Below, piece by piece: positions 21,706 to 32,000 of a stretch of DNA of 32,000 bases. The notes below the pieces were generated by a model. The model did not search any database, was not told the DNA's origin, and was given only the letters and a program-made list of their open reading frames with translations. The translations under genes were made by a program, and so were the position numbers. Every line of letters begins with the position of its first letter. The stretch's first letter is position 1. The stretch comes from Candidatus Westeberhardia cardiocondylae (GTDB taxonomy: Bacteria; Pseudomonadota; Gammaproteobacteria; Enterobacterales; Enterobacteriaceae): contig JABYQC010000001.1 in NCBI GenBank assembly GCA_024648765.1, positions 309,000-340,999 on the forward strand, given 5' to 3'.

Positions 21706-23193
21706 ATGAAACATAAAAAAATATACCAAAAAAACATAAAAAACCATATAAAATATAAAAACAATCATTTTAAACAACCAAAATTATTTTATCTAATTTC
21801 ATCCATTGAAATATGGGAAAGATTTGGATATTATGGATTACAAGGAATTTTTACAATTTATTTAGTTAAAATGATAGGATTATCAGAATCTGCTTCGATT
21901 ACTCTTTTTTCTTCTTTCAGCGCTTTAGTTTGCGGATTTGTAGCTATAGGTGGATGGTTAGGAGACAAAATACTTGGAACAAAACGAGTGATCATTCTTG
22001 GCATTATAGTGTTAATTTTAGGATATGGAATTATAGCATGGTCAGAACATAAAATATCTAAAGTATACTTGGGAATGGCCACCATAGCCATAGGAAGTGG
22101 ATTATTTAAAGCAAATCCATCAGCATTGTTATCTACATGTTATAACAAAGAAGATCCAAGAATAGATAGTGCTTTTACAATGTATTATATGGCTATTAAT
22201 ATAGGATCATTTATATCTATGTTATTAACACCATGGGTAGCTATACACTATGGATGGAGTTCTGCGTTTTCTTTGAGCGTAATAGGTATGTGTATTACAT
22301 TATTAAATTTCATAGCATTTCAAAAAATCATCAAACAATATGGATCTAAACCAGATTTTTTATCATTAAAATGGAATTGCTTACTAACAGTAGTAGGAGG
22401 GATAATTATATTAATTCCTTTATCGTGTTGGTTACTTTATAACCAAAATATTGCTAGAGCTATATTATTAATAATTACTTGCATTGTTTTTACAATATTA
22501 TTTTATGAAACTACACAACTTTATGGAATTAATCAAAAACAAATGTTAGTTGCCATTATCATGATGCTTGAAGCAATAGTATTTTTTGTATTATATAGTC
22601 AAATGCCAACTTCTTTAAATTTTTTTGCTATTCATAATGTTGAAACTACACTATTTGGAATAAAATTTGAACCAGAACAATATCAAGCATTCAATCCATT
22701 TTGGATAATTATTGCTAGTCCATTATTAAGCATAATATACAACAAAATTGGAAACCGATTTCCTATTCCTTTTAAATTTGCTACTGGAATGGCTCTATGT
22801 TCAATATCTTTTTTAATTCTTTCTTTGGGGATTCAATTAACAGATGATTCGCATATGGTTTCAGTGTATTGGTTAATTTCAAGTTATGCACTCCAAAGTA
22901 TTGGAGAGCTTATGATTTCTGGACTAGGACTAGCTATGATAGCAAAATTAGTTCCAAAAAGATTGATGGGGTTTATCATGGGAGCATGGTTTTTAACTAC
23001 AGCAACCTCTGCAATTATCGCAGGTTCCATTGCAAATTTATCTACTATTCCAAATACATGTAATGATCCTAAAAAATCTATTATACTGTATAATCAAGTA
23101 TTTATAAAAATAGGAGTATTTTCGGGAATTATTGCAATTCTCATGTTACTTTTTGCGCCAAAATTAATTCAATTACTTAAAATAAAAAATTAA
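21706..23193 (+). CDS. dtpA: Proton-dependent oligopeptide transporter, POT/PTR2 family (DtpA/TppB-like)
   Basis: 495-aa ORF with about 14 predicted TM segments and the PTR2 signature ([20 protein letters not shown]; [13 protein letters not shown]). I use the symbol dtpA because the convergent arrangement with tyrS matches the E. coli order dtpA-gstA-pdxY-tyrS. Confidence 0.85.
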   Translation: MKHKKIYQKNIKNHIKYKNNHFKQPKLFYLISSIEIWERFGYYGLQGIFTIYLVKMIGLSESASITLFSSFSALVCGFVAIGGWLGDKILGTKRVIILGIIVLILGYGIIAWSEHKISKVYLGMATIAIGSGLFKANPSALLSTCYNKEDPRIDSAFTMYYMAINIGSFISMLLTPWVAIHYGWSSAFSLSVIGMCITLLNFIAFQKIIKQYGSKPDFLSLKWNCLLTVVGGIIILIPLSCWLLYNQNIARAILLIITCIVFTILFYETTQLYGINQKQMLVAIIMMLEAIVFFVLYSQMPTSLNFFAIHNVETTLFGIKFEPEQYQAFNPFWIIIASPLLSIIYNKIGNRFPIPFKFATGMALCSISFLILSLGIQLTDDSHMVSVYWLISSYALQSIGELMISGLGLAMIAKLVPKRLMGFIMGAWFLTTATSAIIAGSIANLSTIPNTCNDPKKSIILYNQVFIKIGVFSGIIAILMLLFAPKLIQLLKIKN

Positions 23194-23410
23194 AGTCAAA
23201 AAATTTTATAATCTATAAATTTTAGATCATTTTAATTTATGAAAACATATTTTAGTATATAAATTATTATAATATAAAACATCAAATATAATATTGTAAA
23301 TTTATAAATATTATAAAATCTGAAAAATATTTTATATAAAAATTACAAATAAACTTTAATAAAAAATATCTTTAACATATATTCATCATATTATATAACT
23401 ACACAAAAAA

Positions 23411-24718
23411 TTATTTCCAACAAATCAATCTATAATGTTTTTTTCCCCGACATATCAATGTATAACAATCATATTTTTTATCAAAACTTGTAAAAATATA
23501 TTTTTTATTATCTTGTTTATTACCATTTACTAAAATTGCTTTGGACGCTATTAGATCTTTAGCCTGCCTATAAGAAAAGGCTAAATTAGTCATCACTAAA
23601 GCTTCTTGTAAATAAAGAACATGATTTTTTTTAACAAATATTACTGTAATTCCATCATTAATACATTGTTCAAAATCTCTTTTACTTAATTCCTTATTGA
23701 CATTTAAAAAAAACAATTTTTTCGTAATCCTTTGCGCTGAAGATAATCCATATTTTCCATGTACTAATTTAGTAACCAATTTCGCTAACATAATTTGCGG
23801 AGTACAATCACAAACATTTTTATTAATATACATATTTTTCTTCTGATTTTGGTTAAATAAATTTCGTATTTTATGTATATCTAAAAAAGTAAAAAAATTT
23901 AAAAATCGGTAAACATCTTCATCAGAAACATTAATCCAAAATTGATAAAAATCATATATACTAGTTTTTTTCTCATCTAACCATAATATTTTTCCGAAAT
24001 CACTTTTGCCAAATTTAGTACCATCAGATCGAGTGATAAGAGGAACTGTTAAACCATAAACTATATGACTACTCAAACGATGTACTAAATCTATCCCAGA
24101 AACAATATTCCCCCATTGATCTGCACCACCAATCTGTAACACAACATTATATTTTTGATATAAATAAAAAAAATCGTATCCCTGTAAAAGATTATAAGAA
24201 AATTCTGCAAAAGTAATTCCATGTCCAATGCGATTAATTCTATCTTTTATAGATTTTTTATGAAGCATTTTATTAATAGAAAAATATTTACCAATATTTC
24301 TTAAAAAATCTAATACAAACATATTTTTAAACCAATCATAATTATTTACAATAATTGCACTATTTGCTCCACAATCGAAATCAAGAAATAATTGAATTTG
24401 TTTTATGATTTTTTTTGTGTTTTTTTGAATATTCTCTAAAATATGTAATTTTCTTTCGTGTAATTTAAAACTAGGATCACCAATTAAACTGGTAGCTCCA
24501 CCTAAAAGTACTATTGGGCGATGTCCAGATAATTGAAATCTTTTTAGACATAACAATAATAACAAATGCCCTATATGCAAACTATCATAAGTGGGATCAA
24601 AACCACAATATACAGTAATAGACTGATTTTGCAATAATTTTGTTAATTTTTTTTTATCAGACAATTGCGAAATTAGTCCTCTTTCTACTAACATGTTTAA
24701 TATATCAATATTTTTCAT
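23411..24718 (-). CDS. tyrS: Tyrosine--tRNA ligase
   Basis: 435-aa ORF with the class I HIGH motif (DSLHIGHL), KMSKS-type KFGKS, the GGADQWGNI block and a C-terminal S4-like domain. Confidence 0.94.
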   Translation of the reverse strand: MKNIDILNMLVERGLISQLSDKKKLTKLLQNQSITVYCGFDPTYDSLHIGHLLLLLCLKRFQLSGHRPIVLLGGATSLIGDPSFKLHERKLHILENIQKNTKKIIKQIQLFLDFDCGANSAIIVNNYDWFKNMFVLDFLRNIGKYFSINKMLHKKSIKDRINRIGHGITFAEFSYNLLQGYDFFYLYQKYNVVLQIGGADQWGNIVSGIDLVHRLSSHIVYGLTVPLITRSDGTKFGKSDFGKILWLDEKKTSIYDFYQFWINVSDEDVYRFLNFFTFLDIHKIRNLFNQNQKKNMYINKNVCDCTPQIMLAKLVTKLVHGKYGLSSAQRITKKLFFLNVNKELSKRDFEQCINDGITVIFVKKNHVLYLQEALVMTNLAFSYRQAKDLIASKAILVNGNKQDNKKYIFTSFDKKYDCYTLICRGKKHYRLICWK

Positions 24719-26779
24719 TTTTACCGAAATATTATCGTAATGATGTAAAAAAAATTCAATTAAATAAAATATACATATTTAGAAAATATAAATAATGTAA
24801 CATTTTTTAAGATTTCATATTTATCGCATATATTATGATAAAACAATGATTCAAAAAATATTAAATGTGTAAATATTAAAAAAATTTTTATCGTATTACA
24901 AAAATAACAATTTAATATATTATATAATTATAAAAAATTCATAAAATAAATATAATATAAATATAAGTATCAAATAAAAAAACCTAAGAAATACTTAGAA
25001 ATTCTGTAAAATATCAACACATATACTATCATAATTATCATACAATTTTATCATAATTTTTATAAATACCTATTATTACAGCATATAATATAAAATAATT
25101 GTTATACAGATAAAAACATTTAACATATTTCGTATAACATTATTACAAATAACAAAATACTTAAAATAAAATTAGTATACCTAACTATTAGAAAATAATA
25201 TATTTATATAATACTAAAAACAAAATATTACATAGATATATCATATGTAATATTCATTGCAATATATTAATTATTTGAAAACAAATGTTAACTATATTGC
25301 AATATATTAATAAAATCATACATTATAAAAAATTTTTTATTTAATTATTATTTATAATAACAAAAATTTTCATTATTTCCTAACAATTAAATCTTAGTTA
25401 TAATTGATAAAAATATCAAAAAAATCACTTGTATTCAACCATTCCACCTATATATTATACCAATAATATAAAAAATGTAACAACACATAAATTAGTGAAA
25501 TTTCAAAAATATTTTATATATTATTTACAATATATTAAATTTTATAACATAATAAAACTCAAATGTCTCATTATTTCATACTTTCATGTTATGCAAAAGA
25601 AATTTTTTTTACTACCTTCGTATACATAAAAAATATATCGCAATATATAACAATCAAATAACATCGTATAATCAAAAATATAATATTTCAAAATAAAAAA
25701 CTCATAAAATATTTTCAAAATTAAAAACATTAATTGTACTAAAAAACACTCAAAATAATTTCGTACACATAAAATAATCGAAATTATAACATTTTTAAAA
25801 AATTAATAAAAATTCTATTTCTACTACGTAACATGTAAAATCAAAAAACATGGTATTTAAGATATCACTAAAATATTGTAAAAATAAAATTTTACTAATT
25901 AAACAAAAAATAACCAATATTTACTAAAAATATAAAAAAATAACAATAAATTTTTTAACATAAAATTCAAAAAAACACCATTATAATATTTTTACAATAA
26001 ATATAAAAAAAATTTTATTTACATAATTCCATAAAAGACAAATAATACTTGTACAGTTACTTCATCAGAAAAATTTTTGTATTTTATGAAAACTTAACTT
26101 CAATTAATTGCACCTGTTACTAAAAAATTCCTTTTAGTAAAGAAATATAATCGCATTTATCAACACATCAACATATATTATTGATAATGAAATATTATTA
26201 CTGAAAATAATAATTAAATTTTAAAAAATTAAATAATTATTCCACGTAATCAAAATATATAACAAAATATATGTATCCAAAAAAATCTTTTATGCAAAAT
26301 TTTACCAAAACTCATAGGATAATAGTATTAATTTATCTAGCAATATAAATTGTTTTACTACATTACATGTATATGTAAAAATTGATATTAAATATCAAAT
26401 AATCAATACATACATGATAAATCTATGATATTACAAGAATATACTCATAATATAAAATATTATTCAGAAAAGAATAGATAATAAAAAATTAACATTATTA
26501 AATATATGGTATACAAAATATTTATCATATTATAAAATATTTGCAATATCTATTGTAAAACAATTAAATAATTAATATTTATAAAATTTTATATAACATA
26601 TTATTCATTAAATAATGGCAATGAAAATAAGTTAAATAATTTAAATTATATATTGGTATAACAATGATGAAATATTATTACATGAATACATGTAATACAT
26701 CAAAATACTTAAAAATCTATAATTATATGTAATTATATTGATATAAATAATTTTTTTAATCACACTAAATACAATAACC

Positions 26780-28066
26780 ATGAAAAAATTTCAAACTATT
26801 CGCGGAACGCATGATTTTTTGCCAGAAGATACAATATATATGCAACATATTGAGAACACATTTAAAAATATTGTCAATAATTATGGATACTACGAAATTC
26901 ATTTTCCTATTTTAGAAAATACCATGTTATTTAAAAAAGCTATTGGAAAAAATAATGATCTTATACAAAAAGAAATGTATACCTTTGTGGATAAAAAAAA
27001 AAATAATATTACTCTGCGACCAGAAGGTACAGCAAGTTGTATACGTGTCGCTGTTCAACATGGGTTGTTACGAGAAAAAGAAAAAAAATTTTGGTATAAA
27101 GGACCAATGTTTAGATATGAAAGACCACAAAAAGGAAGATACCGACAATTTCATCAATTAGGCGCAGAAATATTTGGACACATGCATCCAAATAATGATA
27201 TTGAATTAATAGCATTAACATCAAGATGGTGGAAAATTTTAGGAATACAAAAAAATATATCATTAGAAATCAATTTTCTTGGAAATTCCGAAGAATATCG
27301 AAAATACGAAAAAAAACTTACAGAATTTTTTGTAAAGAATAAACAACATTTGGATAATAGTTGTCAAAAATATATTCAAACAAATCCTATGAGGATTTTA
27401 GATACAAAAAATAAAAATATTCAAAAATTAATTCATAATGCACCAATAATTTTGAATTTTTTAAATAAAAAATCAAAAAATTATTTCTCTAATATCTGTA
27501 AAATTCTAAATACTATGCATATCACGCACAAAATCAATCCCTATTTAGTAAGAGGATTAGATTACTATAATAGTATTATTTTCGAATGGGTTACATATAA
27601 TCTTGGAAAAAAATTAACTATTTGCGGAGGAGGAAGGTATGATCATTTGATAAAAAGATTAGGAGGAAAAGAAACTCCTGCAATAGGATTTGCTGTAGGA
27701 TTAGAAAGATTAATGCTACTAATAAAACAAAAAAATCCTAACTGTATTACAAAAAAACACACAGACATTTATATTATTACTACGAATAATGAAAATATAA
27801 AATATGAAGCATTATTGTTATCTGAAAATATAAGAAATATATTCCCATATCTTCAAATTATTGTAAATTATGAAAAAAAAAGTATAAGAAAACAATTTCA
27901 AAATGCTAATAAATATAATACAAAAATAGTACTATTATTAGGGGAAAAAGAAAAACAAGAAGAAAAAATAATTTTCAAAAACCTTATTAAAAAAACACAA
28001 AAAAAAATTAACAGAAATGATATCATTAAAAATTTAAAAGAATTTTTTATTTCAAAAAAAAATTAA
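26780..28066 (+). CDS. hisS: Histidine--tRNA ligase
   Basis: 428-aa ORF starting MKKFQTIRGTHDFLPEDT, with LRPEGTASCIR, FRYERPQKGRYRQFHQLGAEIFG, GGGRYDHL and AIGFAVGLERL. It is collinear with E. coli HisRS. Confidence 0.95.
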   Translation: MKKFQTIRGTHDFLPEDTIYMQHIENTFKNIVNNYGYYEIHFPILENTMLFKKAIGKNNDLIQKEMYTFVDKKKNNITLRPEGTASCIRVAVQHGLLREKEKKFWYKGPMFRYERPQKGRYRQFHQLGAEIFGHMHPNNDIELIALTSRWWKILGIQKNISLEINFLGNSEEYRKYEKKLTEFFVKNKQHLDNSCQKYIQTNPMRILDTKNKNIQKLIHNAPIILNFLNKKSKNYFSNICKILNTMHITHKINPYLVRGLDYYNSIIFEWVTYNLGKKLTICGGGRYDHLIKRLGGKETPAIGFAVGLERLMLLIKQKNPNCITKKHTDIYIITTNNENIKYEALLLSENIRNIFPYLQIIVNYEKKSIRKQFQNANKYNTKIVLLLGEKEKQEEKIIFKNLIKKTQKKINRNDIIKNLKEFFISKKN

Positions 28067-28070
28067 AAAA

Positions 28071-28667
28071 ATGAAAAAAAATATTATAAATTACACTCAA
28101 ATAAAATTTTTTTTCATCTATTATAAAAAAATAATCAAAATATTATTATTATTTATTATAATTTGCAATATTTATATATATCACAAACATCAAAAAAATC
28201 ATGAAAATAACATACAACAATCAATATTATGGGAAAATATGTATTATAAATTTAAAAAAAATAAAATTTTACAAATATCAAAATTTGATAAAAATTGTTA
28301 TAATACATTTTCCAAATTCCTGTTAGCAAATTATTATATATATTGTAAAAAATATTTTCATTCTAAACAAATATTATATAATATTCTTAAAAATACCAAA
28401 GATCCTATATTACAATCCATAATAAAAATTAATATAGCAAAAATACAACTGCAAAAAAAAAATACAAAAAACACAAAAAAAATTTTACAAAGTATATCAA
28501 ATAAAGAATTTAATCCATTAATTAATAATATTTTAGGAGACATAGAAAACAATATAAATAAAAATAAAAAATTTGCAAAATACTATTACAAACAAGCATT
28601 AAATTCTAATAAATCAAAAATCTTGAAAATATTATTACAAATGAAAATAGATACTTTGTACAATTAA
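28071..28667 (+). CDS. yfgM: YfgM-like membrane-anchored TPR-like protein (ancillary SecYEG/periplasmic chaperone-network protein)
   Basis: 198-aa ORF starting 4 nt after hisS, in the position of yfgM in the E. coli order hisS-yfgM-bamB-der. It has one N-terminal TM segment (ILLLFIIICNIYIY). Its C-terminus (KILLQMKIDTLYN) resembles E. coli YfgM (EMMQMKINNLSI). It is otherwise very diverged and Lys/Asn-rich. Confidence 0.7.
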   Translation: MKKNIINYTQIKFFFIYYKKIIKILLLFIIICNIYIYHKHQKNHENNIQQSILWENMYYKFKKNKILQISKFDKNCYNTFSKFLLANYYIYCKKYFHSKQILYNILKNTKDPILQSIIKINIAKIQLQKKNTKNTKKILQSISNKEFNPLINNILGDIENNINKNKKFAKYYYKQALNSNKSKILKILLQMKIDTLYN

Positions 28668-29003
28668 CATATTTTCAAAATATAAAATACCACTTATATA
28701 TTCTACGAAATATTATAAAAATTTCCAATATATGTGATTAATAAAACTTATTTAACAAATAACATAAGTATTAACATGCACATTAATTGAATTTTTAATA
28801 CTTGTTATATATTATATTACATTATATACTTGAAAATTTCGTACTATAAAAAATTATAGACATATTCATATTTCTTATAAAATACACAAAATAAATATTT
28901 TAAAATATTACTTTCATGTACAATTTGTTATATTATCCGCAATACATAATACAAAATATAATTTTATAAAAATCAACATTACTATATTAGTACTATATAT
29001 ATC

Positions 29004-30422
29004 ATGATTTCAACACACACTATTGCATTAGTAGGACGTAAAAATGTAGGAAAATCAACAATATTTAACCAATTAACAAATCAAAAAAAAAATAAAATTA
29101 ATCATTCCACACCAACGCAAGATAGAAAATATGGATATATAATATGGAAAAATACTAAATATATTATTATCGATACAGGAGGATTTAGCAATAAAAAAAC
29201 CAATCAAGAAATTGAAAAAAAAATATACAAACAATCTCTAATAGCCATTCAAGAATCTAATATAATATTACTTGTTATAGATGGTTCCATGGAACTAACA
29301 AAAACAGATAAAAATATAGCAAAATTATTGCTCAAAATATATAATAAACAAACAATTACTATTATAAACAAAATGGAAAACGTTGATTTTCATCATGTTA
29401 AGAAAAACTTCCTATGTTTAGGCACAAAAGAAATTATTCCAATATCTGCACTTTATCGGCGTAATATTTCCCAAATTAAAAAAAAAATATTCTCAATTAT
29501 ACAAAATAACAATAAAATTATTACTCAAAATACAAAAAATATATCAATAAAAAACAACAGTTTAAAAAAAAACAACAAAAAATATACATTAGAACATCAT
29601 ACTAATGAAAATACATTAAAAATAACAAAAATTTCCATAATTGGTCGTCCCAATGCAGGAAAATCAACATTGGTTAATTGTATTCTTGGAAAACATAGAG
29701 TTATTACTCATTATCAACCAGGAACAACACGAGAAAATATTTATATCCATACAACATTTAATAAAAAACAATATATATTAATTGATACTGTTGGTGTTCA
29801 AAAAAAAAATATAATAAATCATGCAAATGAAAAATATATTACTACTACTACATTGTATGCTATTAAAAATGCAGATATTATATTGATTATCATGGATGCT
29901 ACAATAGAAATATTTCATCAAGACATATCTTTGCAAAACTATATTAACAAAAAAATACAAAAAACAATAATAATTGTATTCAATAAATGCGATTTGCTAA
30001 ATAATAAACAAAAAAATATTTTAAAAAAAAAATTTATTAATTATTTTACATGTATCAGATTTATTGCAATACATTTCGTTTCTGCAAAATATAATATAGG
30101 TATTACCAATTTATTTCAAATTATCTACAATATTGAAAAAATAAAAAATAAGAAGATAAATACTTCTACACTAATCAAAATAGTACAAAAAGCAATATCC
30201 AAAAAACCATTACCATTAATTAATAAAAAAAAAATACATATAAAATGTGTTTACATAGAAAAATATAATCCATTAACTATAATTATCCAAGGAAATAATT
30301 ATATAAATAGTTTACATAATTCATATAAACAATATTTGACAAAATTCTTTTATAAAACATTGAAAATTGTCAGTATACCAATAAAGATAAAATTTCAACA
30401 TAATACAAAAATAAAAATGTAA
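29004..30422 (+). CDS. der: Ribosome-assembly GTPase Der (EngA), tandem G domains
   Basis: 472-aa ORF. GD1 has GRKNVGKST, DTGG and NKME. GD2 has GRPNAGKST, DTVG and NKCD. The C-terminal KH-like region includes YNPLTIIIQGNN...SYKQYLTKFF. The inter-domain linker is replaced by an Asn/Lys-rich low-complexity stretch. Confidence 0.9.
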   Translation: MISTHTIALVGRKNVGKSTIFNQLTNQKKNKINHSTPTQDRKYGYIIWKNTKYIIIDTGGFSNKKTNQEIEKKIYKQSLIAIQESNIILLVIDGSMELTKTDKNIAKLLLKIYNKQTITIINKMENVDFHHVKKNFLCLGTKEIIPISALYRRNISQIKKKIFSIIQNNNKIITQNTKNISIKNNSLKKNNKKYTLEHHTNENTLKITKISIIGRPNAGKSTLVNCILGKHRVITHYQPGTTRENIYIHTTFNKKQYILIDTVGVQKKNIINHANEKYITTTTLYAIKNADIILIIMDATIEIFHQDISLQNYINKKIQKTIIIVFNKCDLLNNKQKNILKKKFINYFTCIRFIAIHFVSAKYNIGITNLFQIIYNIEKIKNKKINTSTLIKIVQKAISKKPLPLINKKKIHIKCVYIEKYNPLTIIIQGNNYINSLHNSYKQYLTKFFYKTLKIVSIPIKIKFQHNTKIKM

Positions 30423-30533
30423 AAAATATAAAACATATTTGAAAAAACTTTTTCCCAAAAAATAATTATCAATTTCCATTAATATACAAATATACTGCAA
30501 TAAAAAATTTAACAATCAATATAAAATATAAAA

Positions 30534-31196
30534 TTATTCAAAGAATTGACTTATTTTGGCTTTTAAAATATCTATGGCAACACGGTTTTTCCCCCCCCTG
30601 GGAACAATAATGTCTGCATGTCGTTTAGAAGGTTCAATAAATCGTAAAAACATAGGACGCACAGTTTTTTTATACTGTCTAATAACAGAATTCATAGATC
30701 TACCTCTTTCATGAACATCTCTTTTAATTCTTCTCATAAGACAAATATCCAATGGTGTATCTATGAAAATAGAAAAATTCATTTCTTTTCTTAATCTAAA
30801 ATCAGTTAACAGTAAAATACCTTCTAAAATAATTACTTTTTTAGGTGGTAAAAGAACAGTTTTAGAACAACGAGTATGTTGTATGTAACTATATATTGGT
30901 ATTTCTACAGAAAAACCAGCTTTTAACATTTTAATATGTTGAAATAAAAGATCATGATCTATAGAATTTGGATGATCATAGTTGGCGTTAATTCTTTCAT
31001 GCATACTAATAGAATTTTGATCTTTATAATAACTATCTTCTGGAATAACTCCAATATATTTATCGCCAACTTGATCACATAATTCATGATAAAGTGTATT
31101 TGCAACAAGACTTTTCCCAGAAGCAGAAGCACCAGAAATACCAATAATAACACATTGAAAACAAGATTCATTATATATCATAAATAAAACATCCAA
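30534..31196 (-). CDS. udk: Uridine/cytidine kinase
   Basis: 220-aa ORF, very similar to E. coli Udk by eye along its whole length ([14 protein letters not shown]...; [22 protein letters not shown]; [26 protein letters not shown]). The start may be the second ATG at 31181. Confidence 0.95.
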   Translation of the reverse strand: MDVLFMIYNESCFQCVIIGISGASASGKSLVANTLYHELCDQVGDKYIGVIPEDSYYKDQNSISMHERINANYDHPNSIDHDLLFQHIKMLKAGFSVEIPIYSYIQHTRCSKTVLLPPKKVIILEGILLLTDFRLRKEMNFSIFIDTPLDICLMRRIKRDVHERGRSMNSVIRQYKKTVRPMFLRFIEPSKRHADIIVPRGGKNRVAIDILKAKISQFFE

Positions 31197-32000
31197 AACA
31201 ATTTTTTACAGACAATATTGATGTATAACTAAAATATAACTAATAATATTTTATATGAAATTATTACATATAAAAGCAATATAAATATATTATGAAAAAA
31301 TTTTAAATATCTATATTTGTTTTTCACAAAATTACATTGTAACATGTAAATATATTGACAATATTAAAATGCAGATAATATCAAATACACAACACTTTTG
31401 TATTCTATACCATATTGCAATATTAAAGAAAAAATTTGTATAAATTTTATATATATTTAACACATGTAAAATTTTTTAAATTTAATAAAAAATTTTATAA
31501 TATTACAATATTATACAAAATATTATAATATAATTACTTTGAATTATTCATACACAAAAAATTTCTGGATCATTTTAAATATTATATTTTGACAATATAA
31601 ATTATTTATATAAATACAAAATGAAATGTTATAAAATTTAATATATTAAATTTTACATAATTATATTATAAAAAATATTATAATTTTTCAAAGATATCGT
31701 ATGTATTGTGTGAAAACTTCTGGCAAAAATAATATGATATTATTTCAAATAATATCTGCAAATCTCAAATATATCAAAATAAAACTACACAAAAATTACA
31801 TATGTAAAAATTTAAAACATTTTTAAGTACAATATTAACATTGCTATTCAATAATATATGTAAATGTTTTATATTACACATATAATAAATAGCTAAAATA
31901 TAAAATATTTTATTTATTATGAATAATTATGAAATTTTTTTGTAAATATACTAAAATAAAAATTTAAATTATAAAAATATATAAAAATTTTTATACTTTC

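Noticed and set aside
26117-26140. A perfect 9-bp inverted repeat TTACTAAAA-AATTCC-TTTTAGTAA in the 2-kb spacer
   Set aside because: The stem is almost entirely A-T and would be thermodynamically weak. No T-tract follows on either strand and no gene is adjacent. It is likely chance or a relic.
30443-30456. A GAAAAA-AC-TTTTTC hairpin between the convergent der and udk genes, considered as a bidirectional terminator
   Set aside because: The loop is only 2 nt, giving an effective stem of about 5 bp of nearly pure A-T. That is too weak to call.

Overview
This window looks like chromosome from a highly reduced, extremely AT-rich gammaproteobacterial (Enterobacterales-derived) obligate endosymbiont. 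By content it resembles the Wigglesworthia/Blochmannia/Buchnera type, but I cannot assign a species from the sequence alone. I support 20 protein genes, all core housekeeping: prmC, prfA, prs, pth, mnmE, yidC, rnpA, rpmH, dnaN, gyrB, murJ, argS, aspS, yebC, dtpA, tyrS, hisS, yfgM, der and udk. There are also two complete tRNAs, Leu-CAG and Pro-UGG, and a 9-nt fragment that is probably the 3' end of tRNA-His. rpmH and rnpA are missing from the ORF track because they fall below its size cutoff or are interrupted. The genes sit in small blocks that keep the E. coli gene order as I recall it. Between them are long, featureless, very AT-rich spacers exactly where E. coli carries additional genes. 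From my coordinates only about 72% of the window is coding. I found no mobile elements, CRISPR arrays, defence or secretion loci, or convincing structured ncRNAs, and no evidence for a novel multi-gene system. Two items deserve a second look. (1) rnpA, which encodes the essential RNase P protein, is split by one extra C at a CCC-TAG site whose layout (AGGA, UAU spacer, shifty codon, stop) mirrors the prfB programmed +1 frameshift site. (2) dnaA is absent from its conserved slot between rpmH and dnaN, replaced by 844 bp of non-coding DNA. Lesser observations are tRNA genes without encoded CCA, long in-frame poly(A) tracts, G homopolymers in an AT-rich genome, a PDT variant of the RF1 PxT motif, a degenerate G4 motif in Der, no use of TGA, and retention of a POT peptide transporter.
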